A stretch of DNA of 63,503 nt, the filler included, from Sphaeroforma arctica JP610 (Eukaryota), in the NCBI RefSeq assembly GCF_001186125.1. It is 7 parts of one record of this genome, joined end to end, with 100 filler letters (N's around TTAATTAATTAA, not from the genome) between each part and the next. Parts side by side here need not be neighbours in the genome. Positions count along the whole stretch, not along the records: positions 9,615 to 16,064 come from NW_014040532.1; positions 16,165 to 35,578 come from NW_014040532.1; positions 35,679 to 38,832 come from NW_014040532.1; positions 38,933 to 42,258 come from NW_014040532.1; 3 more parts are not named here. The stretch is one strand, 5' to 3'. The number at the start of each line of letters is the position of its first letter. Within the stretch, counting starts at the first letter, position 1. The notes under the pieces were generated by a model, which made no database searches, was not told the DNA's origin, and saw only the letters and a program-made list of their open reading frames with translations. Of this stretch, positions 12,901-39,200 are shown in pieces. The translations under genes were made by a program, and so were the position numbers.

Positions 12901-15900
12901 ATTAAACCTAATATGATGATTAGACAGATTAAACCTAATATGATGGTTAGATAGATTAAACCTAATATGATGGTTAGATAGATTAAACTTAATATGATGG
13001 TCACATAGGTTATTGGTAGGCACATGATCAGATAGATTAAACCTAATATGATGATTAGATAGATCAAACCTAATATGATGATTAGATAGATTGTACTTAA
13101 TATGATGATTAGATAGATTTAACCTAATATGATGATTAGATAGATTAAACCTAATATGATGATTAGATAGGCTAAACGTAATATGATGATCAGATAAGTT
13201 ATACCTAATATGATGATTAGATAGGTTAAACCTAATATGATGATCAGATAGATTAAACCTAAAAAGAACAGTTTTTGGTTGTGCTGTCAATCGTAGCCTA
13301 TGCTCAGACGAATGTCTTTCGAGCAGTTGACGAAACAGTGTATATGATGCAGATGACATGAGCAAGTGGCTATAGCATTCTTCTCATGGCATGTGTTGTA
13401 TGCATTACATGCGTGTTGTGTTGTGTAGGTAATAATATGGCTAATGTACTCATCTTTTACACGTGTTGTATGTATTACATGCGTGTTGTGTTGTGTAGGT
13501 AATCATATGACTAATATACTCGCCTCTTACACGTGTTGTATGTATTCCTTGCGTGTTGTGTTGTGTAGGTAATCATATGGCTAATGTACTCATCTCTCAC
13601 ACGTATTGTATGTATTCCTTGCGTGCTGTGTAGGTAAGCGGGGGGCCTTTCCCACGCCGCAGGAGATGCCCACAAGTGCGGATGAGCTGAAGACAAAGTG
13701 TAAAGTGGGCTACAGAGGTGACCGCATGCTGCAAGTGGCAGCTCTCTTTCTCACTCCACCCGAAGACTTAAGTGGTACTGTTGCGTGTTGTTGTGCGTGT
13801 GCACGTTAACGTATGTTCGAGTGGACGGTGTATGTAGTGTGTATGTGTCTGTTTAAGGTTCTATAACGTACGGTCGAGTGGACGGTGTATATAGTGTGTG
13901 TGTGTCTGTTTAGGGGTTTGTAAACCCTGTGTTTAGATGTGTGCGTCTGTTTACCTTTGGCTGTGCTGTGTATAAATGTGTGTGTCTCTGTACAGCTGTG
14001 ACGATACGTTATGCTGGCAACCCATCCTCGTACTAAAGACTAGAAACGAAAGATCCGTTGTTGGTAATATACTTGTAACTTAACATCTGCTCTAAATCCA
14101 TCTATTTATATCCATCTATTTATATCCATTTATTTATATCCATCTATTTATATATCTATTTTATATCCATATATTTATATCCAACTATTTATATCCATCT
14201 ATTTATATCCATCTATATATATCCATCGATTTATATACATCGATTTATATGAATCTATTTATATGCGATTCATATCCATCTATTTATATCCATCTACTTA
14301 TATCCATCTATTTATATCCATCTATTTATATGCTTCTCTTTATATCCCATCTATTAACATATATATATTTATATCCATGTATTCATATCCATCTATTTAT
14401 ATGCATCTATCCATATGCATTTATTTATATCCATCCATTCATATCCATCTATTTATATGCATCTATCCATATCCATCTATATATATCCATCCATTTATAT
14501 CCATCTATTTATATCCATCTATTTATATCCATCTAATTATATCCATCCATTATATCCATCCATATATATCGATCTATGTATATCCATGTATTTATATCCA
14601 TATATTTGTATGCACCTATTCATATCCATGTATTTATATCCATGTATTTATATCCATCCATTTATATCCATCCATTTATATCCATCTATTTATATCCATC
14701 TAATTATATCCATCCGTTTATATCCGTCTATTTATATCCATCTATTTATATCCGTCTATTTATATCCCTATATTTATAGCCTTTGACAACACGGGTGAGG
14801 CCGATATGAAAACGCTGCCGACACCAGATCCTCTGAGCACCCCAACGAAACAAAAAGCCGCTGCGAAGCGTGCACGAAAAACCCAAGAAAAATTAGAGAA
14901 GCGCAGGAAAAACCTGGTTTTAGTCAAGCGCCTGGTGCAGGCTGACAACCCGCGGCTGGTGGTGGGTGATTCACAGTTGGTGTTTGCGCTGATTAAGTCG
15001 CTGCACGGCTTTGGGGACTTTGCTGCGTCCAATGTCATGCAACTCATGGGCTACTACGACCACCTGGCAGCCGACTCAGAGACGGTGAGGGGGTGGGCAG
15101 AGCAATGGAAGGGGTTGTCTGGGGATGAGTGGGTGGTTATTGGGGGGTGGGCATGTCAGAGGTGGTCTATTGATGAGTGAGGGATTGTCGGTGGTAATCT
15201 ACGGATTCGTTTGTGGTTAATTGTTGTAAACATGTATGTGTACGTGTGGGGTGGTGGTACTTCCACACACTTTTATCTGAGTCTGTACTTATAAGTACTA
15301 GAATGTATTGCAGCCCAGAGGTCTCTCCAAAGGTTCAGTAGATATGCGTAGTCATTCAGCCGATCAGAGAAATTGCATCTTCTGACATCTGGCAACGTCG
15401 TTGTGGTTGTTGTTGTGTGTGTTAACTGTAGTTGTAGAGGTAGTTGCTATAGCCTGTGAGGTGTGTGTCTGTGAGCGCTAGTTGCATTGACTTGATGAGT
15501 ATATAAGTATGAATGGATGTGTATTTATGTATGAATGGATGTGTATATAAGTATGAATGAATGTGTGTATAAGTATGAATGGATGAGTATACAAGTATGA
15601 ATGGATATGTATATAAGTATGAATGTATGTGTATATAAGTATGGATGGATGTGTATATAAGTATGAATGGATGTGTATATAATGAATGGATGTGTATATA
15701 AGTATGAATGGATGTGTATATAAGTATGAATGGATGTGTATATAAGTATGAATGGATGCGCCCTACTACAAGCGTGTGCGTGCTGTGACTAGTTAAGGAG
15801 ATACCAGGGAGGAATGTATTTATGGATATGGTTAAAACATATATATTTTTGCAACATGTGTATTTGTCCTACTTGTTTCTTTTCATTTCTATTTTATAAC

Positions 15901-17268
15901 AAGCAGATATAGTTTTACAACGTGTGTATTTGTCCTACTTGTTTCGTATTATTGCTATCTAATAATAAGCAGATATAGTTTTACAACGTGTGTATTTGTC
16001 CTACTTGTTTCGTATTATTGCTATCCAATAACAAGCAGATGTAGTGGCTGCAACATGTACTTGCNNNNNNNNNNNNNNNNNNNNNNNNNNNNNNNNNNNN
16101 NNNNNNNNTTAATTAATTAANNNNNNNNNNNNNNNNNNNNNNNNNNNNNNNNNNNNNNNNNNNNTAATGTCTGTTGGTATGTTATTCCTTTTTCTATCCT
16201 TAATTTCTGTTGGTATGTAATTCTTAATGTCTGTTAGAATGTTATTCCTTTTTCCTATCCTTAATTTCTGTTGGTATGTAATTCTAATGTCTGTTGGTAT
16301 GTTATTCCTTTTTTCTATCCTTAATTTCTGTTGGTATGTAATTCTTAAAATTCTGTTAGTGTGTTATTCCTTTTTCCTATCCTTAATTTCTGTTGGTTTG
16401 TGATTCTTAATGTCTGTTGGTATGTTGTTCCTTTTTCCTATCCTTAATTTCGGTTGGTATGTAATTCTTAATGTCTGTTGGTATGGCATTCCTTTTTCCT
16501 ATCCTTAATTTCTGTTGGTATGTAATTCTTATTGTCTGTTGGTATGTCATTCCTTTTTCCTATCCTCAATTTCTGTTGGTATGTAAATCCTAATGTCTGT
16601 TGGTATGTTTTTCCTTTTCCTATCCTTAATTTCTGTTGGTATGTAATTCTTAAAGGTCTGTTGGTATGTTATTCCTTTTTTTCTATCCTTAATTTCTGTT
16701 GGTATGCAATTCTTAATGTCTGTTGGTATGATATTCCTATTTTCGATCGGTATGTTTATCCTATTTTCTGTTGGCTTGTTAATCCTATTTTCTGTTGGCA
16801 TGTTAATCCTATTTTCTGTTGGCATGTTAATCCTATTATCTGTTGGCATGTTAATCCTATTATCTGTTGGCATGTTAATCCTATTATCTGTTGGCATGTT
16901 ATATTTTCTACTGTTTGTACGTTATTCCTATTTTCTATTCGTATGTTATTCCTGTTTTCTGTTGGCATGTCATTCATGTTTTCTGCTGGGTTTAGGGTAT
17001 TATGTTAATTCTATTTCCTGTTGGCATGTTGGTCCTATTTTCCAAGTGTTGTGTAATGCACAGCCTAACCCTTCCTCACTGTTTCGCTGTCTCATTTATT
17101 GTTCATACGCGTATCTTAGTCTTTCGTATATCCCACTGATTGCTTCGCCTAAACAGGTTCGATCTTTGGAAGAATTACGAAGAGAAATCGGGAAAGGAGG
17201 CAACCAAGTGGGTGGTAGAGAGGATGGTCATCACACAAACAACGCACACAGCTGGAGCTATCAATTGA
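9971..17268 (+). CDS. HhH-GPD superfamily (AlkA/Ogg-like) DNA glycosylase; 5' end uncertain, at least one exon lost in a gap
   Basis: Exons 9971-10082 (FSFSGTVCSYGYFCLPPQ), 10514-10646 (SWIP...FERPLRYG), 11421-11587 (QVTRMFRLDEDISAFH), 12448-12580 (GFGRLYRSPSTFEDMIKSITNSNMTWAGTVRM), 13634-13774 (GAFPTPQE...LKTKCKVGYRGDRM), 14780-15084 (HhH LHGFGDFAASNVMQLMG..DHLAADSET), last exon 17157-17268 ([W]FDLWKNYEEKSG...*). Phase mismatch between 15084 and 17157 implies missing exon(s), probably in the gap at 16065-16163. Confidence 0.8.
12805..13262. repeat. 30-bp intronic tandem repeat
   Basis: Unit ATGATGATTAGATAGATTAAACCTAAT... about 15 copies. Confidence 0.9.
14095..14775. repeat. 14-bp minisatellite ATCCATCTATTTAT abutting an acceptor
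   Basis: Unit directly visible; ends just before TTTATAG (14779). Confidence 0.9.
16164..16990. repeat. Nested ~63-bp / 27-bp intronic tandem repeat
   Basis: TCTGTTGGTATGT core repeated; later 27-bp unit TGTTGGCATGTTAATCCTATT(A/T)TC. Confidence 0.85.
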
Positions 17269-18189
17269 AGTAACATACACAGCTGAAGCTATCAATTGAA
17301 GTAACATACACAGCTGAAGCTATCAATTGAATTAACATACACAGCTAAAGCTATCAATTGAAGTATCATACACAGCTGAAGCTATCTGTGTGCAGAGGAT
17401 AAAACACGCGAGAATGAAACGGGGAATGTCAACGCATTCAAATCGACAGAGGATGCTATTGCACGCGATATCAGGCGTACACGTGGGCATTAACTGATGA
17501 CAAGACATGTTTGAATAAGTACTCATTTAGTTACCATAGCAACCGAGGAGAAGTGCTTCTGTGGGTTCTTGAAAGTGACGATAGGTGCGATACTATGGGA
17601 CGAGAGACTGGAGGGGGACGAGAGACTGGAGGGGGACAGAGCGTTTACACGTGCGTGTGGTGTATTGCCGCAGCGTACAATGGCGACGCAAAGTGACAAC
17701 AGATGGGTACAGATAGACACGTGACGATGACATACACGAGAACGCACCTCTTGAGCAGGGATGCTTGGTGACGACTTTGACGCACGCACGCACATACACA
17801 CACGCACACACAAAGTGTGCATTGATGGTTCAAGATATAGCATTGAGGTAGTAGAGAACCTAAAATAGAGAGCAGTACTAAGACGGGTCAGAAAGTAAGG
17901 TCACGGAGACAGCCATTCAATAGTTACTACGACAGTACCGGGCGGGTTAGGCTGTAGTTAGTCACTGCGGAAGCAGCCAATGAGATCGTATGATGTGTAC
18001 AGCTCTTGAGGAGCGAGAAGGGGCAAGGACACTTGCGGTTCTGCAGTAGAAGTTACACGGATACCTGTACTTACAGGAGAAGTTACAAGTGCACATGGAC
18101 TTACAGTAGCTGTTGATGTTTCAACACAAGCGTATAGGTGTATACGTTCAGTAGCGCACATCAATGAAAGTATCATTAAAACGCCTTTG

Positions 18190-18540
18190 ATTTGAGACCA
18201 TTTAGTTTCATTTGAGGGGCATACTTGTTGCCATTTAGTTGTAATTGAGGGGCATACTTGGGGCCATATAGTTGTAATTGAGGGGCATACTTGAGGCCAT
18301 TTAGTTGTAATTGACGGGCATACTTGGGGCCATTCAGTTGTAATTGAGGGGCATTACTTGGGGCCATTTAGTTGTAATTGACAGGCATGCTTGCGGCCAT
18401 TAAGTTTTAATTGAGGGGCATACTTGGGGCCATTCAGTTGTAATTGAGGGGCATTACTTGCGGCCATTTAGTTGTAATTGAGGGGCATACTTGCGAGGGG
18501 CACACTTGCGGCCATTTAGTTGCAATTGAGGGGCATACTT
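18190..18540. repeat. 33-34-bp intergenic tandem repeat (~10 copies)
   Basis: Unit GGCCATTTAGTTGTAATTGAGGGGCATACTTG, head-to-tail with no spacers. Confidence 0.9.
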
Positions 18541-19645
18541 GGGGGGGGGGGGGAATTTAATTTTAGTCAGTTGAAGTATTCGTCGGCGTGACCGATTTTA
18601 CGGACAGGGCGTCGCAACATTTATTTTGTTGCTATGGCATTTGGGTAGGCAGATGGGGTCGAAGTATTACATAGATATTTAGGTATTGAACATAAATTGA
18701 GGGGGAGGGGGTTGAAACAGAAATTCAGAGGGGTTTAAAAAAATAAAATGAGGTTTTTAACAAAAATTTAGTTTTGTTTTTTAATAGTTATACCGTTAAA
18801 TCATGACAGCCCATTCTCAATGTTCAGTCGCTGGCTATTGATATGGCGTACTGATTGCATTTTGGCCGTGGCTGTGGTTTTTCATAGAGGTGGACTAATG
18901 AATATTATCCTCCGGTCCTGTTTATACTGGGTTATACTCGGATCTAATCACCCTCATGCCCTCCACATCACTGGTAGTAACCGTATCTAAAGACGAAGCT
19001 AGATAAGCAATGACCTTTTGCAAGTATGTGAGTCCTACAACGAGAAGATACTCCTTCTTATAGAGTGGTAAGTTAGGCGATTAAAGGTAGATTTATGTAG
19101 GTATGGGACTTGGTTGGATTAGTTCAGAGTAAGACTAGCTACTTTAAAAGGTGTACCTACATAACCCCCCCCCCCCCCAAGTTGTGGGTAGCTTGGGATA
19201 TCTGAGCCATAGATTAAACGGGATATGAATCGTTTATCAAGTCTAATGCTTTCCTTTTTTGGGGATGATTCTATTTTTTTCTTTCTTCATTTTTTGTATT
19301 CTTTGCACCTAACTCTCTAGGACATTCTGGTAATTATATTATAGCAGATCAAACAACAAGTTGAACTTATGGTGAGACAAACGCGTTTGTGTATATACGT
19401 TAGTGCCACCACATGGACACATGCACGCGTTATCTAACTATGCGCATTTGTATATTTCTATTTCTATTCGTTGGCCTTGGCGATCTGCTTAATTCCACCT
19501 GTGCGATATGCGCCAACGAATGCACAACATTCACAGTGAGAGGCTTCTTGTTATTTGCGGTGTCAATCATTTTACATGATTCATTTATATTTTTGATTTA
19601 TTAGTTTTTTTGGTTTATAAACATAGACAATTTTCACGTAGTGTC

Positions 19646-19729
19646 TTCTCTATAGCTCAGTTGGTAGAGCAACCGACTGTAGTGGCTACATCAATCGGTA
19701 GGTCCCTGATTCGATTTCGGGTGGGGAGA
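19646..19729 (+). tRNA. tRNA-Tyr(GTA) with 11-nt intron (19683-19693)
   Basis: Cloverleaf: acceptor TTCTCTA/TGGGGAG, A-box TAGCTCAGTTGGTAGAGC, anticodon stem ACCGA/TCGGT around CTGTAG+intron+A, T-arm CCTGA-TTCGATT-TCGGG, A73, then an oligo-T Pol III terminator; 73 nt after splicing. Confidence 0.92.
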
Positions 19730-20134
19730 TTTTTTTCCACAACACACTTCAACTGCGTATAGACACAACATACTAGAGTGCGCCTCCCGGGCCATAAACA
19801 CTCCGGATTCCAACATATATTCTCTGACTTGATTGAACGAAACACTTGGATACACCTTGCAACATACACGCACTCTTGAAGTTCTGCATTCTCTTGACTT
19901 TAGTGACATTACCAAATGCCAGCACCTACATCTCCTGCCCAGTATTTAAAAATCCTCTACTGAATGGTATGAGCATTGTAACCCTCCTATCCGCACGTAA
20001 TTGACCCCGACCAGTGTACAGGATCTTGCGCAACATAGCTCGATATATTTAATTTCCTAACAACCAAATAATTTGTATTGCTAGCCACAAAACCGGTCTA
20101 TTTATCATATTTGATTTTTATATTAATTGCACAA

Positions 20135-20218
20135 CTCTCTATAGCTCAGTTGGTAGAGCAACCGACTGTAGTGGTTACATTTATCGGTAGGTCCCTGATT
20201 CGATTTCGGGTGGGGAGA
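20135..20218 (+). tRNA. tRNA-Tyr(GTA) with 11-nt intron (20172-20182)
   Basis: Same mature sequence except C1; intron TGGTTACATTT; oligo-T terminator follows. Confidence 0.93.
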
Positions 20219-22105
20219 TTTTTTTGCATCGTACTTCAGCTTCCGCCATTACAGCCAAAATGTTGTGGTTGCTACACACTTTTAAATATATGGCTCGCAA
20301 TAGACCTGAAGCCGAATAACTCATACACGGGTCTCCAATGGCCGACAAACAAGCCGACTATGTTGGCCACATCACACTCCAACTGCGTTCACAACATACT
20401 TGTGCGCCTCTCAGGCCACACCCTCTGCAGTCCGGTATGTACTCTCCAACTTATTGAACGAAACGCATGGACACACCTTGCAATAACACACGCACTCTTC
20501 AAGTTCTCCATCACCTCCACTTCAGCGACATAGCATGATATAGGCACCTGATGAGCGGATGATGTGGATTGCTTTCTAAGCCCACCGTCTCCCATTCATC
20601 GCTATAGGTTTTCATCAGGCTTCACCACATTCTGCCAAACCGCACACTACCGCCTGTCCATTTTAATCGAAACCCTAAACCCTACAACCCTTCCAAATTT
20701 AACAACGAAACACTCTTCGGATTTTAGGGTTTTAGAGGTTAGTTGTTCCCAGAATCCTCTGAGCTGTATTTATCTCACGGTGGAACGTTCGCTACCTACT
20801 ACTGATCGAAACGACTTTCGCTCTTAATCACCTTTCTTGCGACTTTACTACCCTACCCAAAAGATGGAAAAGATAGAAAAAAATGGACATACCGTACACC
20901 CTGGAATGCAAAGTGATATATAGACTACTGTATTTTCAACCGATCACAAAATGAAGCGCGCGTATACCTATGAATCATCAATCGCCTACTTGATAATTCC
21001 CTAAGAATAAATAGTCAAGCACATAAGTATTGAAATATTGATACTGCTCATCTGAACGATCTTCTTTTCGGTTCACCTGTCCGACTTTACTACCAAACCT
21101 ATAAAATGGAAGGATAATAACCTATGTATCCTGGATTGGAACTTGTTATATACACTACTTTGTTTGCTCACTGTGCAGCCGACAACAAAATCAAGCTACA
21201 TGTACACCTACGGACTACCAATCGCCTACCTAGTTATCCCTTAAGGACAAAGAGTCAAACTTAGAAGTATTGGAATATTGATTCACCATATGATGCAGTA
21301 AGTTTTATCAAAAATGTGAAGAGTTCATCCTGTCAGCGACAGGTGTCCTTATTTGTTGTGTTGTTTGTTGATATAGTGTCGTTCCTTTTGTATCATACAT
21401 ATATTGACTGGTTACAGTGATGCTTTTATTCTGTCAGGACAAGTGTCCTGCCGTGTTTGTGTTGCTTGTTGTTATGGTGTCGTTCCTTTTGCATTAATTA
21501 ATTAATTGTTGATCACAATGAACAGTTCATCCTGTCAGGGGCAGGTGTGTTTACGTATGTTGCCGTTTGTTATGTTTTAGCCGTTCCTTTTGTATTAATT
21601 AATATTTATTTATTGAATGCAGAGATCATTTCATCCTGTCTTGTTAGTGTTGCGTTTAGTTCTGGTGTCTTTCCATTTGGGTTGTTTGTATTTCTCGATT
21701 ATAGTGTTGCTTTCATCCTGTCAAGTGCAGGATCCGCGTCTTATTTTTGTTCCTTGTTACTTTAATGTCTTTCTTTTTATATTATATACTTATTTTAATA
21801 AAAAAACAGAGACTCTTTTATTCTGTTAGGGATAGATGACATTTTCTTGTTTATTTTCCATGTTACTTCTTTTATTTTTGTATTATGTATTTATTTATTG
21901 ATTACATTGATGCTATCTTCCTGCTAGGGGCAGGTGTCATATCTTGTTTGTTTTGCCAATTGTTGTGGTGTGGTACCTTTTGTATTATATATTTATTTAT
22001 TGATTACATTGATGCTATCTTCCTGTCAGGGGCAGGTGTCATGTCTTGTTTGTTTTGTTAATTGATGTGGTGTGATACCCTTTGTATTAGATATTTATTT
22101 ATTGA

Positions 22106-35390
<13,285 letters not shown>

Positions 35391-35516
35391 CTGTAAGAAA
35401 CACAAAGCCAGCAACACACATGTGAGTGTCAATCAACACTTCATCACACATCCGTCTATTGTTGGCAATTGGCTCCAATAACGGACAAGAAGGAATGTAT
35501 TATATATATATACCTA

Positions 35517-35578
<62 letters not shown>

Positions 35579-35678
35579 NNNNNNNNNNNNNNNNNNNNNN
35601 NNNNNNNNNNNNNNNNNNNNNNTTAATTAATTAANNNNNNNNNNNNNNNNNNNNNNNNNNNNNNNNNNNNNNNNNNNN

Positions 35679-35715
<37 letters not shown>

Positions 35716-35749
35716 TGTATGTGTGTGTGTGGGTGTGTATGTATGTATG

Positions 35750-35783
<34 letters not shown>

Positions 35784-36271
35784 AAAGCGCGCTGAGTGTT
35801 TGTTATGTAAGCGTCGAGTAGTTCACTGCCATGGTGCACCACACAGTGTGTCTTATGCATAAGGCTAAGATAAGAGTCAACAAGAAGGCAACACCTACCA
35901 CCACTGATCACAGTGACCACACACAGTTGAGAAATCGCCAGTCCTATTTCGTTTTTTATCTATTGATCCATCGTCCCAGGGTTAATAGGGTTTAGGGTTT
36001 AGAGTTGATGGCATGTCAAAGCAACTATATATAAAATTGTCTACCGGACTGCATCAACCAGATATTTACACAAGTTGTTTTAATCGCTGCATCTGTTGAC
36101 AGAATCAGTTGGCCATGATCTGTAGAACTACAATACAATAGCCTCTGTATAGGTATATGCATTCATTGTGTACACATGTGCACATGAACCCACATGGTTA
36201 TAGACAAACGGATGTCCACCTGAGCATCGCTATATGGAGACACGTCAGAAATACACTGTCGAGTGGATGTG

Positions 36272-39200
36272 ATGATCAGATGGAGTCAAGATGATCTCAC
36301 CCCTCTGCCAGCCCTGCCGGTGGGGTGGCCCACAGTCAGGAGTTCAAATAATCCCAGAAACACTATATTTCCAAGCAACGGTAGGCACATACAGTGTAAT
36401 GGGATGAACCATGTGGTTGTGTGTATATTATTGTGTGTTTATTACTTAATTACATTATTATGTGTTTTTATTTAATCATATTATTGTATGTTTATTACCA
36501 TTATCTGTGTTTATTACTTCAAATCATATTATCATGTATTTTTACATCATATTAATATGTGTTGATTCCTTAAACATATTATTATGTGTTTATTACTCAA
36601 CTATATCATTACGTGTTCACTGCAAATATATACTGTTATTTAGTGGTAGACACATTTAGTTCACTGGGATGAATGAAGCGCTCATAAGTATATCATTAGT
36701 TTATTACTTATATATGTTGTTATATGTTGAATACTTAAATATATTGTTGTACGTTCATCACTTAAACATATAATTATATGTTTGTTACTTAAACCTATTC
36801 TTATGGTTTTTACTTCATTTTATATGTTTATTTCTTAACCATATTATCATATTTTTATTACTTAAATATATATTTTTATGTTGATTTCGGTCATAATCAT
36901 ATGATTATATGTTTATTACCTCGACATCTTATTACATGTTTATTACTTAAACATATTATATTTATTACTTACATATATTATTATAATTTTATTACTTAAA
37001 CATCTTATTACATGTCTATTAGTTAGGCGTATTAATATATTTTAATATATGTTTGATAAATATTTTTTAAGTTTATGACCTAAACTTATACTGTTATGTC
37101 TATTTCCTTTAAACATATTACTATATATTTTTTATTTAAACATGTCATTACGCGTTTATTGCTGAAGCATATCGTTTTATGTTTAGTACCCCAGTATTCT
37201 CTATTCTATACCCATTTCTCATATACAGTCTTCTTTCTTCAACTTTAGTCTGATATCGTCTTTCGTATGTCACATATCAACACATGCTGTCACACGATTG
37301 TACGTCACTGCAGATGCCCCACTGAGCCAATCGAATGTAATGTCAGCCGACACACAACAAGCGCCAAAGGAGAGGAAGTGGGGGCGCAAGGTAAGTACAC
37401 GCACACGTGAGATAAGCATGCATGTGTGTGTGTGTGTGTGTACACATGAGATATGCATGCATATGTGTGTGTATGTGTACACGTGAGATATGCATACATG
37501 TGTGTGTGTATGTGTACACATGAGATATGCATGCATGTGTGTGTGTATGTGCACACATGAGATATGCATGCATGTGTGTGTGTACGTACTCACATGATAT
37601 ATCTATGCTTGTGTTTGTGTGTACATACTCTCTGTTGAGGTGTCATTCATCCACCATCCGTTGAGTCACTAATGTTAATATCTTATCACTCTTTATCCTT
37701 CTCAGGTACATCGCTTAGTCATTCGTGCCAAGTACTCCCTGTTGAGCTTCCGCCGTTCGCTTGTGTTGCTATGTGGTGTGGTGTGTGTGGTGTGTGTGGT
37801 ATCGGTCATGACAGCCACTGCCACAGACCACCCAATGATCTGGAGGAAGCGTCATGCAGGTACACTCATACACACATGGCAATGCTTACTAGCACATACA
37901 CACATGTCAATGCTTACTATCACATACACACCTGTCAATGCTTACTAGCACATACACACCTGTCAATGCTTACTAGCACATACACACATGTCAATGCTTA
38001 CTAGTACATACACACCTGTCAATGCTTACTAGCACATACACACCTGTCAATGCTTACTAGCACATACACACCTGACAATGCTTACTAGCACATACACACC
38101 TGCCAATGCTTACTAGCACATACACACATGTCAATGCTTACTAGCACATACACACATGTCAATACTTACTAGCACATATACACATGTCAATGCTTACTAG
38201 CACATACACACCTGTCAATGCTTACTAGTACATACACACATGTCAATGCTTACTAGCACATGCACACATGTCAATGCTTACTAGCACATACACACCTGTC
38301 ATTGCCTGCTTGTGGACTATGAGGTGGATGATAGTATAATGTATGAGGTGGATGATATTATAATGACCTATGCATGCACCCGCGGTGCTTGCCATCGACA
38401 CCACACACTGATTCTGCCATCAGATGCTTATGCGCATGTCATGTCATGCTATTACCACTCTCTCCTCTCATTCTGCTTGCCTTTCTCCGTGCACTAGTCC
38501 CTGCTCACGTGTGGTCATGGTCTGTGCATACTCTCTCTCTCTCTCTCTCCCACAGTCGCCCTAGACACCACACAGCTGTGGCATCACTTACACGGCATTC
38601 CCTCGGGCTACACTCGAACTGGCTTTGTGGGTCATCGCTCGGCTGATGTGGACAGTGTGTGTGCAGCGGTGGCCATGGCTCATCTCTTCGGTATGTGCGA
38701 GTTTATAAACCCTGTCAAGCGTATGGTTGGTAACAGATGGATGAGTTTATAAACCCTGTCAAGCGTATGGTTGGTAACAGAGGGATGAGTTTATAAACCC
38801 TGTCAAGCCTACGGCTGGTAATAGATGGATAANNNNNNNNNNNNNNNNNNNNNNNNNNNNNNNNNNNNNNNNNNNNTTAATTAATTAANNNNNNNNNNNN
38901 NNNNNNNNNNNNNNNNNNNNNNNNNNNNNNNNAATATATCTAAACAACACATACTACCGATGGCATATCAGATAAATATAACCATCTGTGATTATATCTA
39001 AACAACATATACATCAGATAGGTATAATCATCTGTGGTTATATTTAAACAACACGTACTACCATTGGCATATCAGATAGTTATAACCATCTGCGGTTATA
39101 TCTAAACAACACATACTACCATTGGCATATCAGATATATATAATCATCTGTGGTTATATCTATACAACACGTACTACCATTGGCATATCAAATAAATATA

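Noticed and set aside
12747..13365. Long repetitive ORFs in the ORF track (also 4493-5128, 14249-14786, 16532-17008, 29618-30115, 31520-32018, 50128-50843)
   Set aside because: Translations of micro/minisatellites lying inside introns of recognisable genes.
13996..14063. Possible extra glycosylase exon after TGTACAG
   Set aside because: Contains a stop in the phase required by the 13774 donor; 13774 splices in phase to 14780 without it.
17157..17273. VRSLEELRREIGKGG reading as the glycosylase C-terminus
   Set aside because: The alternative frame (WFDLWKNYEEKSG) fits the family C-terminal motif better.
18190..18540. 33-bp repeats resembling a CRISPR array
   Set aside because: Head-to-tail units with no unique spacers, no cas genes, eukaryotic context.
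20810..21290. Diverged ~242-bp tandem duplication as possible LTRs
   Set aside because: Copies are adjacent with no internal region, defined termini or TSD; ordinary local duplication.
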